Positions 27,033 through 36,786 of a DNA stretch of 64,000 nt are shown one piece after another. The stretch is from Patescibacteria group bacterium. Lineage in GTDB: Bacteria > Patescibacteriota > Patescibacteriia > UBA2591 > JAQUPP01. The notes beneath the pieces were generated by a model. The model made no database searches. It worked only from the letters and a program-made list of their open reading frames with translations, and was not told where the DNA came from. Within the stretch, counting starts at the first letter, position 1. Each line of letters begins with the position of its first letter. The stretch covers positions 192,467 through 256,466 of the forward strand of contig JAQUPP010000001.1 of assembly GCA_028716665.1 (NCBI GenBank), written 5' to 3'. Position numbers and translations under genes: made by a program.

Positions 27033-28193
27033 ATGTCTATTCTTTTAACCATTATTGGCTTGAGTATTGTCATATTTTTCCATGAATTCGGGCATTTTAT
27101 TTTTGCCCGCATTTTTGGCGTCAGGGTTGAAGAATTCGGTTTTGGTTATCCGCCCAGAATGTTCGGTTGGATAAAAACTGATAAAAATAAATGGAATTTT
27201 AAATTTTTTTGGAATAAAAATATTCCCAAAGAAGCGGACAAAAAAACCATTTATTCTGTTAATTGGATTCCTTTCGGAGGATTTAATAAATTAAAAGGAG
27301 AAATGGGTGGCCAGGAGAAAGATGATTGGGGGGCACAAAAGTGGTGGAAAAAGGTTTTAATCGGAGCGGGCGGCGTTTGCATGAATTTTATTTTGGCGAT
27401 CATTTTATTTTCTTTTTGTTTCTCTGCCGGCATACCGCAGGCAGTCGAGCAAACGACCGGGGGAGGAAAAATTAAGGAAATTATCGGCATCCAAATAAGC
27501 ATGGTCAGTCCCAATTCGTCTGCTGAAAAAGCCGGTATTAAAATAGGAGATGTGGTTCTTAGTATTGACGGACAAGAAATTAAAACAGTGGAAGGCCTTC
27601 AAAACTATATTAAACCGAAAGTCAATCAAACGGTTAAAATAAAAATAAAACGCAATTTGCAAATTATTGAAAAAGAAGTTAATGTTCTGCCGGCCAGTCA
27701 AAACTTTCAAGATATAGAAGAATCTTATGGCGTGATCGGCGTGGGATTGGCCAATATTGCCATTGTTTCTTATCCTTGGTATCAATCGATTTATGAAGGT
27801 TTTAAAACAACTTTTTTATTGATCGGACAATGGTGTTATTCTCTTTATTTGATTTTTAAAACTTTAATAATCAAGCACCATATGATTGGCCAGTTTGTCG
27901 GTCCGGTTGGATTGGCGGCAATGGGTGGAGAAGTAGCCAGGGTTGGTTTTATTTATTTGGTTCAATTTTTAGCCATTATTTCCGTAGCCATAGGCGTCTC
28001 GCAGTTTATTCCTATTCCCGGTCTTGACGGTTCACGCATTCTTTTCGCCTTTATAGAAGGAATCAGAAAAAAACCGATTAAACAAGAAACGGAAAATTTT
28101 ATTTTAACCATTGGTTTTTATTTATTATTAGTTTTGGCTGTTTTGCTTACCTATCAAGATTTAGCGCATTTATTCAGTAAGTTTTTCAAATAA
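27033..28193 (+). CDS. rseP: RIP zinc metalloprotease (site-2 protease) RseP
   Basis: HEFGHF zinc motif. A PDZ segment GIKIGDVVLSIDGQEI and a C-terminal LDG motif are present. Confidence 0.85.
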   Translation: MSILLTIIGLSIVIFFHEFGHFIFARIFGVRVEEFGFGYPPRMFGWIKTDKNKWNFKFFWNKNIPKEADKKTIYSVNWIPFGGFNKLKGEMGGQEKDDWGAQKWWKKVLIGAGGVCMNFILAIILFSFCFSAGIPQAVEQTTGGGKIKEIIGIQISMVSPNSSAEKAGIKIGDVVLSIDGQEIKTVEGLQNYIKPKVNQTVKIKIKRNLQIIEKEVNVLPASQNFQDIEESYGVIGVGLANIAIVSYPWYQSIYEGFKTTFLLIGQWCYSLYLIFKTLIIKHHMIGQFVGPVGLAAMGGEVARVGFIYLVQFLAIISVAIGVSQFIPIPGLDGSRILFAFIEGIRKKPIKQETENFILTIGFYLLLVLAVLLTYQDLAHLFSKFFK

Positions 28194-28199
28194 TTTTTT

Positions 28200-29429
28200 A
28201 TGCGACAAAATAATTTTTTTACTAAAACTTCTAAAACCGATCCCAAAGATGCGGCTACCTTCAGCCATAAATTTTTGGTAAAAGCCGGTTATATCAATCA
28301 ATTAACCAGCGGCGCTTGGTCTTTATTGCCCTTGGGTTTGCGCGTTTATAAAAAAATTGAGAATATCATTCGCGAAGAAATGAATGCTCTTGGCGCGGAA
28401 GAAATTTTAATGCCTTCTCTTCAGCCTAAAGAATTATGGCTTGAAACCGGACGTTGGGATACGATTGATCCGCCTTTATTTAAAGTTAAAGATCGCCATG
28501 AAAAATGGCTGGCGCTTGGCTCAACTCATGAAGAAGTGGTTACTGACTTGGCCAGAACTTATATTGAATCTTATAAAGATCTGCCTAAAGCGGTTTATCA
28601 AATTCAAAATAAATTTCGCAATGAAATGCGTCCAACCGGCGGATTATTGAGAACCCGGGAATTTATTATGAAAGATTTATACAGTTTTCATAAATCGTCC
28701 GAAGATTTGGATGATTTTTACGAAAAAGTGAAACAAGCTTATTTTAAAATATATGATCGCTGCCAACTTAAAGCCGTGGCTGTTGAAGCTTCTTCGGGTT
28801 CAATCGGAGGCAGTATTTCAAACGAATTTATGATTTTAGCCGATTCGGGTGAAGATAAAATTTTAGTTTGTCCAAAATGCGGTTGGGGAGCGAATACGGA
28901 AATCGGCAAAGACATAACAGAGTGTCCAAAATGTTCAAGCAAGCTTGAAATGAAAAATGCCATTGAAATCAGTCATGTTTTTAAATTAAAAACAGTTTAC
29001 AGTCAAAAAATGAATTTGAATTTTACGGATAGCGACGGACAAAAAAAATTGGTAATGATGGGTTGCTACGGTATCGGTTTACAAAGATTGATGGCGACGA
29101 TTATTGAAGCTTCTCATGATCAGAATGGAATTATTTGGCCAGCTTCTGTCAGTCCGTTTGATGTTCATTTAATCGGTTTGGATCTAGACGATAAAAATAT
29201 AGCCGAACAAGCGGAAAAAATTTATAAAAAACTTTCGGAAAAATATGAAGTTCTTTTTGACGATCGGCAAGATTCCGCTGGCGCTAAATTTAAAGATGCT
29301 GATTTAATCGGTATCCCGGTCAGATTGGTTATCAGTAAAAAAACAGGAGATAAAGTGGAATACAAAGAAAGAGACAAAAAAGAATGCCAGCTATTTACAT
29401 TAGAAGAATTATTAGCTAAACTGAAATAG
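28200..29429 (+). CDS. proS: Prolyl-tRNA synthetase, short form lacking the editing insertion
   Basis: Class II motifs are present. FLVKAGYINQLTSGAWSLLPLGLRV is ProRS-like. A zinc ribbon CPKCGW..CPKC is inserted. Confidence 0.75.
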   Translation: MRQNNFFTKTSKTDPKDAATFSHKFLVKAGYINQLTSGAWSLLPLGLRVYKKIENIIREEMNALGAEEILMPSLQPKELWLETGRWDTIDPPLFKVKDRHEKWLALGSTHEEVVTDLARTYIESYKDLPKAVYQIQNKFRNEMRPTGGLLRTREFIMKDLYSFHKSSEDLDDFYEKVKQAYFKIYDRCQLKAVAVEASSGSIGGSISNEFMILADSGEDKILVCPKCGWGANTEIGKDITECPKCSSKLEMKNAIEISHVFKLKTVYSQKMNLNFTDSDGQKKLVMMGCYGIGLQRLMATIIEASHDQNGIIWPASVSPFDVHLIGLDLDDKNIAEQAEKIYKKLSEKYEVLFDDRQDSAGAKFKDADLIGIPVRLVISKKTGDKVEYKERDKKECQLFTLEELLAKLK

Positions 29430-29453
29430 TATTTTAATATCATTTAAACTAAT

Positions 29454-30491
29454 ATGTTTAAAAATTTTTTTGGAATATTTGCCAAAGACATAGGCATTGA
29501 TTTGGGCACCACCAATTTCCGCGTTTATATTCGCGGCAAGGGCTTAGTGTTCAATGAACCGTCAATTGTCGCCATTAATACCAGGAATGATCAGATTATC
29601 GCCATTGGCAGCAATGCTTTAAAAATGGTCGGCAAAGCGCCGGCTCATATTTCAATTGTCAAACCGCTGGATCACGGTATTATTTCTGATTTTGAAGTGA
29701 CGGAAAAAATGCTTAAATCAATTATTGAAAAAGTTCAAAAAGAAACCTTTACTCTTTTGCCCCGAGCGAGAGTTTTTACCACTATTCCTTTGGATGTAAC
29801 CGAAGTGGAGAAAAAATCCTTAGAGGATGTTATTCTTCAAGCCGGCGGCAGAGAAGTATTTCTGGTGGAAAGACCGATGGCCGCGGCTATTGGCGCGAGA
29901 TTGCCGATTCATGACTCAGTAGGCAGTTTAATTGTTGAATTGGGTGGAGGACTTTCGGAAATGGCCTTGATTTCTTTGCACGGAGTTGTTACTTGGAAAT
30001 CCTTGAAAATCGGCGGCGAGTCATTGAATAAAAATATTATGAATTATGCTCGAGAAAAATTTAATATTCTTTTGGGAGAACATACGACGGAAGAAGTTAA
30101 AATAAAAATCGGTTCCGCTTTTGCTCACGCGCCGCAAGAAATGAAAATTAAGGGTAGAGATTTAATAACCGGTTTGCCCAGAGAGATAATCATGACTGAC
30201 GCCCAGCTTAGAGAGGCGATGATGCCGGTTTTAAAAACTATCGCGGAAAGCATCCATGATACCATTGAAGCCACCCCGCCGGAATTGGTAGCGGATATTT
30301 ATGAAAGAGGATTGGTCTTGTCAGGTGGCGGAGCGTTGCTTCGGGGCCTGGATAAATTAATTCAAAAAAGAATTAATATTCCGATTTTTGTTACTGACGA
30401 TCCATCAACTTCCGTGATCCGAGGACTTGGTCTCATTTTGGAAGATTATGAAAATTTAAAAGATGTGATTATTCCTTCGGCAAGAGGATAA
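29454..30491 (+). CDS. mreB: Rod-shape-determining protein MreB
   Basis: The actin-like N-terminus DIGIDLGTTNFRVYIRGKGLVFNEPSIVA is present. Length is 345 aa. Confidence 0.9.
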   Translation: MFKNFFGIFAKDIGIDLGTTNFRVYIRGKGLVFNEPSIVAINTRNDQIIAIGSNALKMVGKAPAHISIVKPLDHGIISDFEVTEKMLKSIIEKVQKETFTLLPRARVFTTIPLDVTEVEKKSLEDVILQAGGREVFLVERPMAAAIGARLPIHDSVGSLIVELGGGLSEMALISLHGVVTWKSLKIGGESLNKNIMNYAREKFNILLGEHTTEEVKIKIGSAFAHAPQEMKIKGRDLITGLPREIIMTDAQLREAMMPVLKTIAESIHDTIEATPPELVADIYERGLVLSGGGALLRGLDKLIQKRINIPIFVTDDPSTSVIRGLGLILEDYENLKDVIIPSARG

Positions 30492-30502
30492 AATTATAAA
30501 AA

Positions 30503-30542
30503 CAAAAAAACACCCTATTTTGGGGGTGTTTTTTTGTTTTTA
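30503..30542. terminator. Bidirectional terminator
   Basis: aaaaaaacaccctattttgggggtgtttttttgttttt. Confidence 0.65.
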
Positions 30543-30554
30543 TAATTTAACTCT

Positions 30555-32816
30555 TTAATCCTCCAATTTCAGGGAAATTAATTTTGAAACACCGTCAACG
30601 CTGATGGTTACGCCGTAAAGAATATTGGCGGCTTCCATAGTTTGTCGATTATGAGTAATAACGATAAATTGTGTAAAGTTGCGAAGTTCATCCAATATCT
30701 GAGCGAATCTGTTTGAATTTTGTTCATCCAAGGCGGCATCAGATTCATCGATGACTACGAAAGGAGGTTTATTGATATTGATGATGGCAAAAATCAAAGC
30801 CAATGAAGTTAAAGCTCTTTCTCCACCGGACAGTGTTTCCACATTTTTTACTTTTTTTCCGGGCGGGACGGCCAAAATTTCAATTCCATTGATATTTGAT
30901 TCGGATTTTTCCTCTTCTTCAGGTTCGCTCTCTTTTTTATTTTCGTCTTCAGGATTTATTTTTTGTTCTTCATCTTTTTCTTCCAATTCTTTATCTTCTT
31001 CAAAAACTATTTTCGCTTTGCCGCCGCCGAAGAACATTTTGAAATATCTTTCAAATTCTTGATTGATTTTGGAAAAATTTTGGGTAAATTGTTCTTTTAT
31101 TTTTTTATCCAATTCTTTGATAATTAGATTGAGCGACTTGATACCTTCTTTAAGATCAATGCTTTGAGTGCTTAAGAATTCAAAATGTTCATGCACTTGC
31201 GGATATTCTTTGGTGATTTCGGGATCAATTCCGCCGATCAGTTCCAACTGGTGTTTTAAATTTTGTATTTCTTCAAAAGGCATAGTAACTTCCTGATTTA
31301 CGGCCTCATCGGCGACAGATAAATTTTGAGGATCTATTTTCATTTCATTTTTTATTTCTTCCAAAAGAGTGTCCTTTTTTGTTTCTACGCGGGCCAAATT
31401 GATTTGAAATTCATTGATTTTGTGGTTAATAACATTTAATTCTAATTGTTGATCTTGGATTTTTCTCTGCCATTCAAGCAGTTTTGTTCTTTTTTGGCGT
31501 TCATTTTCCGTGAAAAGGCCAAGCTCTTGATTAATCTCGCTTAATTTTTTATTTAAATCGCTTATTTGTTGATCCAGCTCATCTTTTTCTTTTTGAATTT
31601 TTTCTACTTCATTTTCATTGGGGAGATTAGTAATAAGCTGCGGGCGCTGGAAATATTCAAAAAGATGATTTATTTTTTTGGAAACATCTTGGGCTAGATT
31701 TTTTATTTTTTCCAAATCTTCGGTCAATGAAATTTGATTTAAATTTTGCAGGAATTTTTCGTAAAGCGCGCCGATATCTTTCAGCTCGCTGAATATTTTT
31801 TCCGGATCGCCGGCAAACTTTGTTTTTTGATGAGTAAGCTGAACCTGTTTTCTTTTTTCTTCTTCAAAATATATTTTAGCTTTCAAGGTTGACTGCTTGT
31901 TGAATAATTCGTCTTTAAGTTCCAGAATTTTCTGATAATCTTTTTGCAGATTTTGATACTTATCGTCAGTTTCTTCATAGACCAGATTTTCCGATTCTTT
32001 CTGCATTTCTGATAATTTTTTTTCTATGATTTTTTGGCCTTCCGATTCCTGTTTGATTTCTTTATTAATTTCAATAATTTGTTCGTCCAGGCCTTGAAGT
32101 ATCGATCCGTAATATTTTTTTTGCAAATTTTGCAATTGAGCTTCTATTTCTTGGCGTTTTTCCAATCTTTTAATTTGGCGTGTTAATGATTTCATCCGCG
32201 GTTCAATTTCCGCCAAAGCGATTTCTGCTTGTTTCAAATTTTCTTCAGATTTTTCTATTTTTCTCGCCGCTTCGTCTCTTTTAATTTGATATTGCCTGAT
32301 ACCGGTTGCTTCGTCAAAGAATTTTTTTCTTTCCATGGGAGAGGCCTGCAAAACTTGGTCAACCATTCCTTGACTGATAATACTGTAACTTTTTTGTCCA
32401 AAATTCGCTCTGGCCAGAAGCATCAAAATATCCTGTAACCGAACTTTGCTTTTGTTGATTAAATATTCTCCTTCGCCGCTTCTGTAAATTCGGCGGGTAA
32501 TGGTGAATTCTTTATAATCTATTGGCGTCAAGCCGTCTTCATTATTAAAAAAGAGGCTTACTTCAGCCACGTTAAGACGCAATTTTTTATCAGAACCGGA
32601 GAAAATCACATCTTCGGATGTTTTTCCGCGTAATGATTTTATGCTTTGTTCGCCCAATGCCCATCTGATTCCGTCGCCGATATTTGATTTTCCGCTGCCA
32701 TTCGGACCGACAATTGAAGTAATGCTGAATTTATCTCCTTCGGGCGGAGCAAATTCCAAAACCGTCCTTTGAGCAAAGGATTTAAAGCCGATTAATTCTA
32801 CTCGTTTGAGATACAT
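30555..32816 (-). CDS. smc: SMC-family chromosome segregation ATPase, short 753-aa form
   Basis: The N-terminus IGFKSFAQRTVLEF..IVGPNGSGKSNIGDGIRWALGEQS is SMC-like. The C-terminus has the LSGGERALTSLALIFAI signature and Walker B FVVIDESDAALD. The central coiled coil is long. Confidence 0.75.
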   Translation of the reverse strand: MYLKRVELIGFKSFAQRTVLEFAPPEGDKFSITSIVGPNGSGKSNIGDGIRWALGEQSIKSLRGKTSEDVIFSGSDKKLRLNVAEVSLFFNNEDGLTPIDYKEFTITRRIYRSGEGEYLINKSKVRLQDILMLLARANFGQKSYSIISQGMVDQVLQASPMERKKFFDEATGIRQYQIKRDEAARKIEKSEENLKQAEIALAEIEPRMKSLTRQIKRLEKRQEIEAQLQNLQKKYYGSILQGLDEQIIEINKEIKQESEGQKIIEKKLSEMQKESENLVYEETDDKYQNLQKDYQKILELKDELFNKQSTLKAKIYFEEEKRKQVQLTHQKTKFAGDPEKIFSELKDIGALYEKFLQNLNQISLTEDLEKIKNLAQDVSKKINHLFEYFQRPQLITNLPNENEVEKIQKEKDELDQQISDLNKKLSEINQELGLFTENERQKRTKLLEWQRKIQDQQLELNVINHKINEFQINLARVETKKDTLLEEIKNEMKIDPQNLSVADEAVNQEVTMPFEEIQNLKHQLELIGGIDPEITKEYPQVHEHFEFLSTQSIDLKEGIKSLNLIIKELDKKIKEQFTQNFSKINQEFERYFKMFFGGGKAKIVFEEDKELEEKDEEQKINPEDENKKESEPEEEEKSESNINGIEILAVPPGKKVKNVETLSGGERALTSLALIFAIININKPPFVVIDESDAALDEQNSNRFAQILDELRNFTQFIVITHNRQTMEAANILYGVTISVDGVSKLISLKLED

Positions 32817-33034
32817 ACCAGGTAGTAGAACTTTGACAGGTATTTTTTACTATCAAAATTCTAAAATTAGTTTGATTATTGTTAAATTTTACTTTTTTAT
32901 GCCGGTATAACCCTCTAAAATTTAAGTCAAAGTTTCACTACCTGGCATACTCGTTATTTTAGCAGATTTATTTTTTTTGTCTATTAAAAAAGGAGTCATA
33001 TTTGATTTTTATGACTCCTTTTCTGTTTTTAATT

Positions 33035-33454
33035 TTATGACCACTCCCTCTTTATGATCTCAATAATTTCTTTATCAGATCTGTCTCCAAAAAGAGAAAA
33101 CCAGTCCTGTTTGAGAAGATCATTATTTCTGATAAAAAAATTTCTGTTATTCACTCTGAACGCCCTTATTACTTCGTTAGGCGTCCAATTCAGAAAAATT
33201 CTGTGCCAAGCTTTATGAACCCAATCAACCACTTCTTTTCGATTGCCTTCTTCGTTTACGCCGCCTCTGGAACGAGGAATTTTATGGTGAGTAGTGGTTC
33301 TGCTGTCATGTTTTATTTTAGATTTGATGCGATTTTTGTGTTTAAGATTATGGGGGTATTCTTCAAATCTCCATCCTAAATGTTTTTTCGAGTGTTTGGG
33401 GCGTTCACGATTAGGGTGTTTATGGCGTTTCTTGTGCCTATGCTTAAATGGCAT
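33035..33454 (-). CDS. Small basic HNH-nuclease-like protein
   Basis: HHKIPRSRGGVNEEGNRKEVVDWVHKAWH is an H-N-H pattern. Promoter TTGACA-N17-TAAATT lies at ~33505..33545. Confidence 0.45.
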   Translation of the reverse strand: MPFKHRHKKRHKHPNRERPKHSKKHLGWRFEEYPHNLKHKNRIKSKIKHDSRTTTHHKIPRSRGGVNEEGNRKEVVDWVHKAWHRIFLNWTPNEVIRAFRVNNRNFFIRNNDLLKQDWFSLFGDRSDKEIIEIIKREWS

Positions 33455-33525
33455 TTTCCCTCCCTGTCTGCCGATAGCAGGCTTTTTTTAAACGAACTTT
33501 AATTAAGTTTAATTTAGCAAATTTT

Positions 33526-34269
33526 TTACTTTTTGTCAAATCCTTTTTTCAGGGCATTATGAGCCGCATCAACTTCCGCTTCTTGTTTGCTTTGTCCTTT
33601 GCCAATGGCAATCATTTCCGTGTTTAAAAAAACGCCAACCGTAAATATTTTTGCGTGAGCCGGACCGATTTCTTCAATCACTTTGTAGCTAGGCGTAATT
33701 TTTAATTTTCCTTGAGCGATTTCCTGTAATTCGCTTTTGGGATCTTTATATAATTGATTTTTAACAATAAAACTCAGTTGAGTTAATAAAACTCGGTAAA
33801 TGAATTTTTCCGCCACTTCAAATCCTTGGTCTAAATAAATAGCCCCGATAAGGGCTTCAAAGGCGTCGGCTAAAATAATTTCTTTTGATTTTCCCGTGGA
33901 ACCGGTTTCTCCTTTTGAGAGAAAAAGATAATGGTCAAGTTTTATTTCTGAGGCGACTTTTGACAAAGTTTTGGCGTTAACCAAGCTTGAACGAAAAACC
34001 GTCAATTCTCCTTCTGGATTCGGGAAATTATTAAAAAGATATTTTGTCACAATCAGCTCAATTACCGCATCACCCAAAAATTCAAACCTTTCATTATGGG
34101 AAACAATGAATCGGGGATGTTCATTTAAAAAAGAGCGATGTATTAAAGATTGAAGAAGCAAATTCTTATTTTTGAATTTAATTTTAATGACTTGTTCAAG
34201 GGGTAGCATTCTTTTGATTTCGGGAAGAAAAGGAATTTCTTTGATTTTTTTTTGAATTTTAAACATCAT
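33526..34269 (-). CDS. rnc: Ribonuclease III
   Basis: The ERFEFLGDAVIELIV RNase III signature and a dsRBD C-terminus are present. The likely start is MMFKI at 34269. The ORF track's longer form overlaps nusB. Confidence 0.85.
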   Translation of the reverse strand: MMFKIQKKIKEIPFLPEIKRMLPLEQVIKIKFKNKNLLLQSLIHRSFLNEHPRFIVSHNERFEFLGDAVIELIVTKYLFNNFPNPEGELTVFRSSLVNAKTLSKVASEIKLDHYLFLSKGETGSTGKSKEIILADAFEALIGAIYLDQGFEVAEKFIYRVLLTQLSFIVKNQLYKDPKSELQEIAQGKLKITPSYKVIEEIGPAHAKIFTVGVFLNTEMIAIGKGQSKQEAEVDAAHNALKKGFDKK

Positions 34270-34270
34270 A

Positions 34271-34732
34271 CTATTTGGTTTTATCGGAATTTTTCGGCTT
34301 GGTTTCTTTTTCAATGTCTTCAAAAATCGCTCCCAGAACTCCGTTGACGAATTTACTGGAAGTGGCGCCGCCGAAACTTTTGGCAATTTCTATGGCTTCG
34401 TTAATCGCCACTTTTGGCGGAATTTCTTTTAAAATCGCCAATTCCAAAATACCCAACCTGAGTATATTTCTGTCAACCAAGGTTATCTGGTCAATCGGCC
34501 ATTGAGGAGCGTATTTCTGAATATACGAATCAATTTTTTCCAAATTATCCGTGATTTTGGCAATCAAACTTTCGGTAAATTCTTTTCCTTCAAAATTTTC
34601 CGGAGCGAATTCTTTTAAATTTCTTTTTGTAATTTCTTCAATACTAACTTTGGTTTTAACGACAGATTTGTTAAAATCCCATTCGGTTAAAGTTTGGAGC
34701 GCAATAGTTCTGGCTAAATGTCTTTGAGCCAT
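34271..34732 (-). CDS. nusB: Transcription antitermination factor NusB
   Basis: [20 protein letters not shown] is a NusB-family N-terminus. Confidence 0.85.
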   Translation of the reverse strand: MAQRHLARTIALQTLTEWDFNKSVVKTKVSIEEITKRNLKEFAPENFEGKEFTESLIAKITDNLEKIDSYIQKYAPQWPIDQITLVDRNILRLGILELAILKEIPPKVAINEAIEIAKSFGGATSSKFVNGVLGAIFEDIEKETKPKNSDKTK

Positions 34733-34799
34733 AAGAAAATTATTTAATTTTTAGGTCCGCCAACTGGCGGAGAAGAAAATTTAGGCGAGACAAAACCAT

Positions 34800-35000
34800 T
34801 TATTTCTTACCCTTTTTCGCCTTTGTTTTTTGAGCAATAATTTCTTTCTTATTATAACAGCCGCAAAATGGGCAAATACAATGCGGTTTTATAGATTTTT
34901 TACAGGAAGAACATTTGCTGAGATTGTTCTTTTTAAGGCGATATTGATATTGTTTAACTCCTTTTCTGCTTTTAGATCTTTTTCTATTTGGAAGTGCCAT
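34800..35000 (-). CDS. rpmF: 50S ribosomal protein L32
   Basis: MALPNRKRSKSRKG followed by the C-x2-C...C-x2-C zinc ribbon typical of L32. Confidence 0.8.
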   Translation of the reverse strand: MALPNRKRSKSRKGVKQYQYRLKKNNLSKCSSCKKSIKPHCICPFCGCYNKKEIIAQKTKAKKGKK

Positions 35001-35188
35001 AAATTTAAAGATTAGATTAATAATTTAAAATGTAAAATGATTTTACCATATTTTGATTTTTTTGGCAAGGATATTTTGAGGATAGAGTAGAAATGATAGA
35101 AAAATATTAGTCCAACATTGAGATACTAAATATAACGGCCGTTACTTTTAGTATCTAAGTGATTTATTGGTTATTGTCGGATTTTTAC

Positions 35189-35704
35189 CTAAACCTTTTC
35201 AGCAACAAAGAATTTTATATATTTATTCAAGCCAAAATTTTCTATTAAGACTTTTATTTCCTCTAGAATATCGTATTGAGTTATCCAGACACTCTGTTGA
35301 ATTTGTTCAAACCCTAATTCTTTTAAATGTCGCCGGAACAAATCTCGTCTAAATCTTGTTTTCTCGGGGATGTCAAAAATTAAGACAAAATATTTCTTTT
35401 TTATTTTTTGTTTTGTCTCAATTTTCTTTTTTATTTTTAGCTCTAATAATTTATTCATACCCTTGGCAGTCAAAAAGTATTCATCCTTCTCATTCTTTTT
35501 TAAGAGTCCAGAGTGGATAAGATGTTTAATGGCTTTTTTGATACTTTTTTTATCCCATTCGTCAATCAGTTCTTCTGATAATTTTTGGTAATTAAATAGG
35601 GTGGGCCGAACTGATGGTGCTAACAAAAGATATTTAGAGAATAGTTTTAGTCCCGATAATTTTTCCAAAAATTGTTCTGTTAAAAATTTTTTAATTTTTT
35701 TCAT
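35189..35704 (-). CDS. Winged-helix transcriptional regulator-like protein (possibly PaaX-like)
   Basis: The likely start is MKKIKKF at 35704, preceded by TTGACA-N17-TATACT. The C-terminus YFVLIFDIPEKTRFRRDLFRRHLKELGFEQIQQSVW resembles a PaaX_C/Cas2-like fold. No CRISPR array is nearby. Confidence 0.4.
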   Translation of the reverse strand: MKKIKKFLTEQFLEKLSGLKLFSKYLLLAPSVRPTLFNYQKLSEELIDEWDKKSIKKAIKHLIHSGLLKKNEKDEYFLTAKGMNKLLELKIKKKIETKQKIKKKYFVLIFDIPEKTRFRRDLFRRHLKELGFEQIQQSVWITQYDILEEIKVLIENFGLNKYIKFFVAEKV

Positions 35705-35871
35705 ATGATATAAGTATACTAAAAGTAACGGCCGTGTCAAATGATAACCAATGATAATTGGATAATCAGGTGATAATTGGGTATTGACATTTTTCAAAAA
35801 ATATGATATTTTAATAACAACCAAACAATTGGTTTGGGGATAATAGCACTTTTAAAAATAGGAGGTGTGCG

Positions 35872-36594
35872 ATGAAAAACATCGTGAACCAAAAAATGTC
35901 ACGAGGCCAAGGCAATGAGATTTTAAATAAACTCGAAGCTGCGGGTCTTGATGGTAAGCTTGCCCAGAAAATTATTGATTCAAAGGGCAATAAACTGGGG
36001 AAGGAGATAGTTGATTTGGTCGCTCTCAGTGGTAGCAAAGGAGTATTGGTATCACAGGCATCCTCAGAAGTTAAAGTCAGGGAAACTCAAATAAAGCGTT
36101 TACTTGAATGTAATGTTCATAAGGCGCTTAATATGAGTGAAGAAGAATTCAGAAATAGAGTTCCTCTCCCTGAGAACCGCCCCAATGCGTTACTGATTAT
36201 TGACATACTTGATTGTGAAAAAGGAATGAAATGCGCCAATGGTATAAACCGTCTTAGTCTCGCTGAACTTGAAGATGTGGTTATACTACGAAAATTGGCA
36301 TTCTATTGGATCTATGAAGTTGAAAACGGAAAAAAGATGTTAGGCAAGAGCCCTGATCAATGCGTTGAGATATTTAAAAAACAAGGACGCAGAGGGCTTA
36401 CTGCAAGAGAGGGTTGTTTCCTGTTGATTCAGAATCCGTATGTTTTGGAAGATCACTTTATAGATCTTCCCGGCTCTCGCTATGACTCCGGCTTCGTGCC
36501 TTGCCTCGACCTCGATGTCGGCAGGCCTGAGCTGGATTCCCGCTATTCCTTCTATTCTTACTCTCGCTATGGTTCGGCTTCTTGCGGGAGTTAG
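35872..36594 (+). CDS. Hypothetical protein (240 aa) with a Ser/Tyr-rich C-terminal tail
   Basis: Strong SD AGGAGGT. GC is visibly higher than in neighbouring genes. Followed by a strong terminator. Confidence 0.5.
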   Translation: MKNIVNQKMSRGQGNEILNKLEAAGLDGKLAQKIIDSKGNKLGKEIVDLVALSGSKGVLVSQASSEVKVRETQIKRLLECNVHKALNMSEEEFRNRVPLPENRPNALLIIDILDCEKGMKCANGINRLSLAELEDVVILRKLAFYWIYEVENGKKMLGKSPDQCVEIFKKQGRRGLTAREGCFLLIQNPYVLEDHFIDLPGSRYDSGFVPCLDLDVGRPELDSRYSFYSYSRYGSASCGS

Positions 36595-36637
36595 GAAACT
36601 CGGTTCTCGGTATTTGGAAACTTGGAAATTAATTATT

Positions 36638-36672
36638 CCCCCAACACAAAGTGTCGGGGGAATTTATTTTTT
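36638..36672 (+). terminator. Rho-independent terminator
   Basis: cccccaacacaaagtgtcgggggaatttattttttt. Confidence 0.65.
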
Positions 36673-36786
36673 TCTAAAATTAAAAAGTTATTAACAGGTT
36701 TTCCGCAGGTTATAAACTTACGATATATAGACAGCTATATTATAATAATACATAAGATTTAAATTAAATTATTTTTTTTAAAACAA

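Noticed and set aside
36673-36786. oriC immediately upstream of dnaA
   Set aside because: Only degenerate DnaA-box-like 9-mers were found (TTTTCCGCA and GTTATAAAC) and no cluster. oriC was not called.
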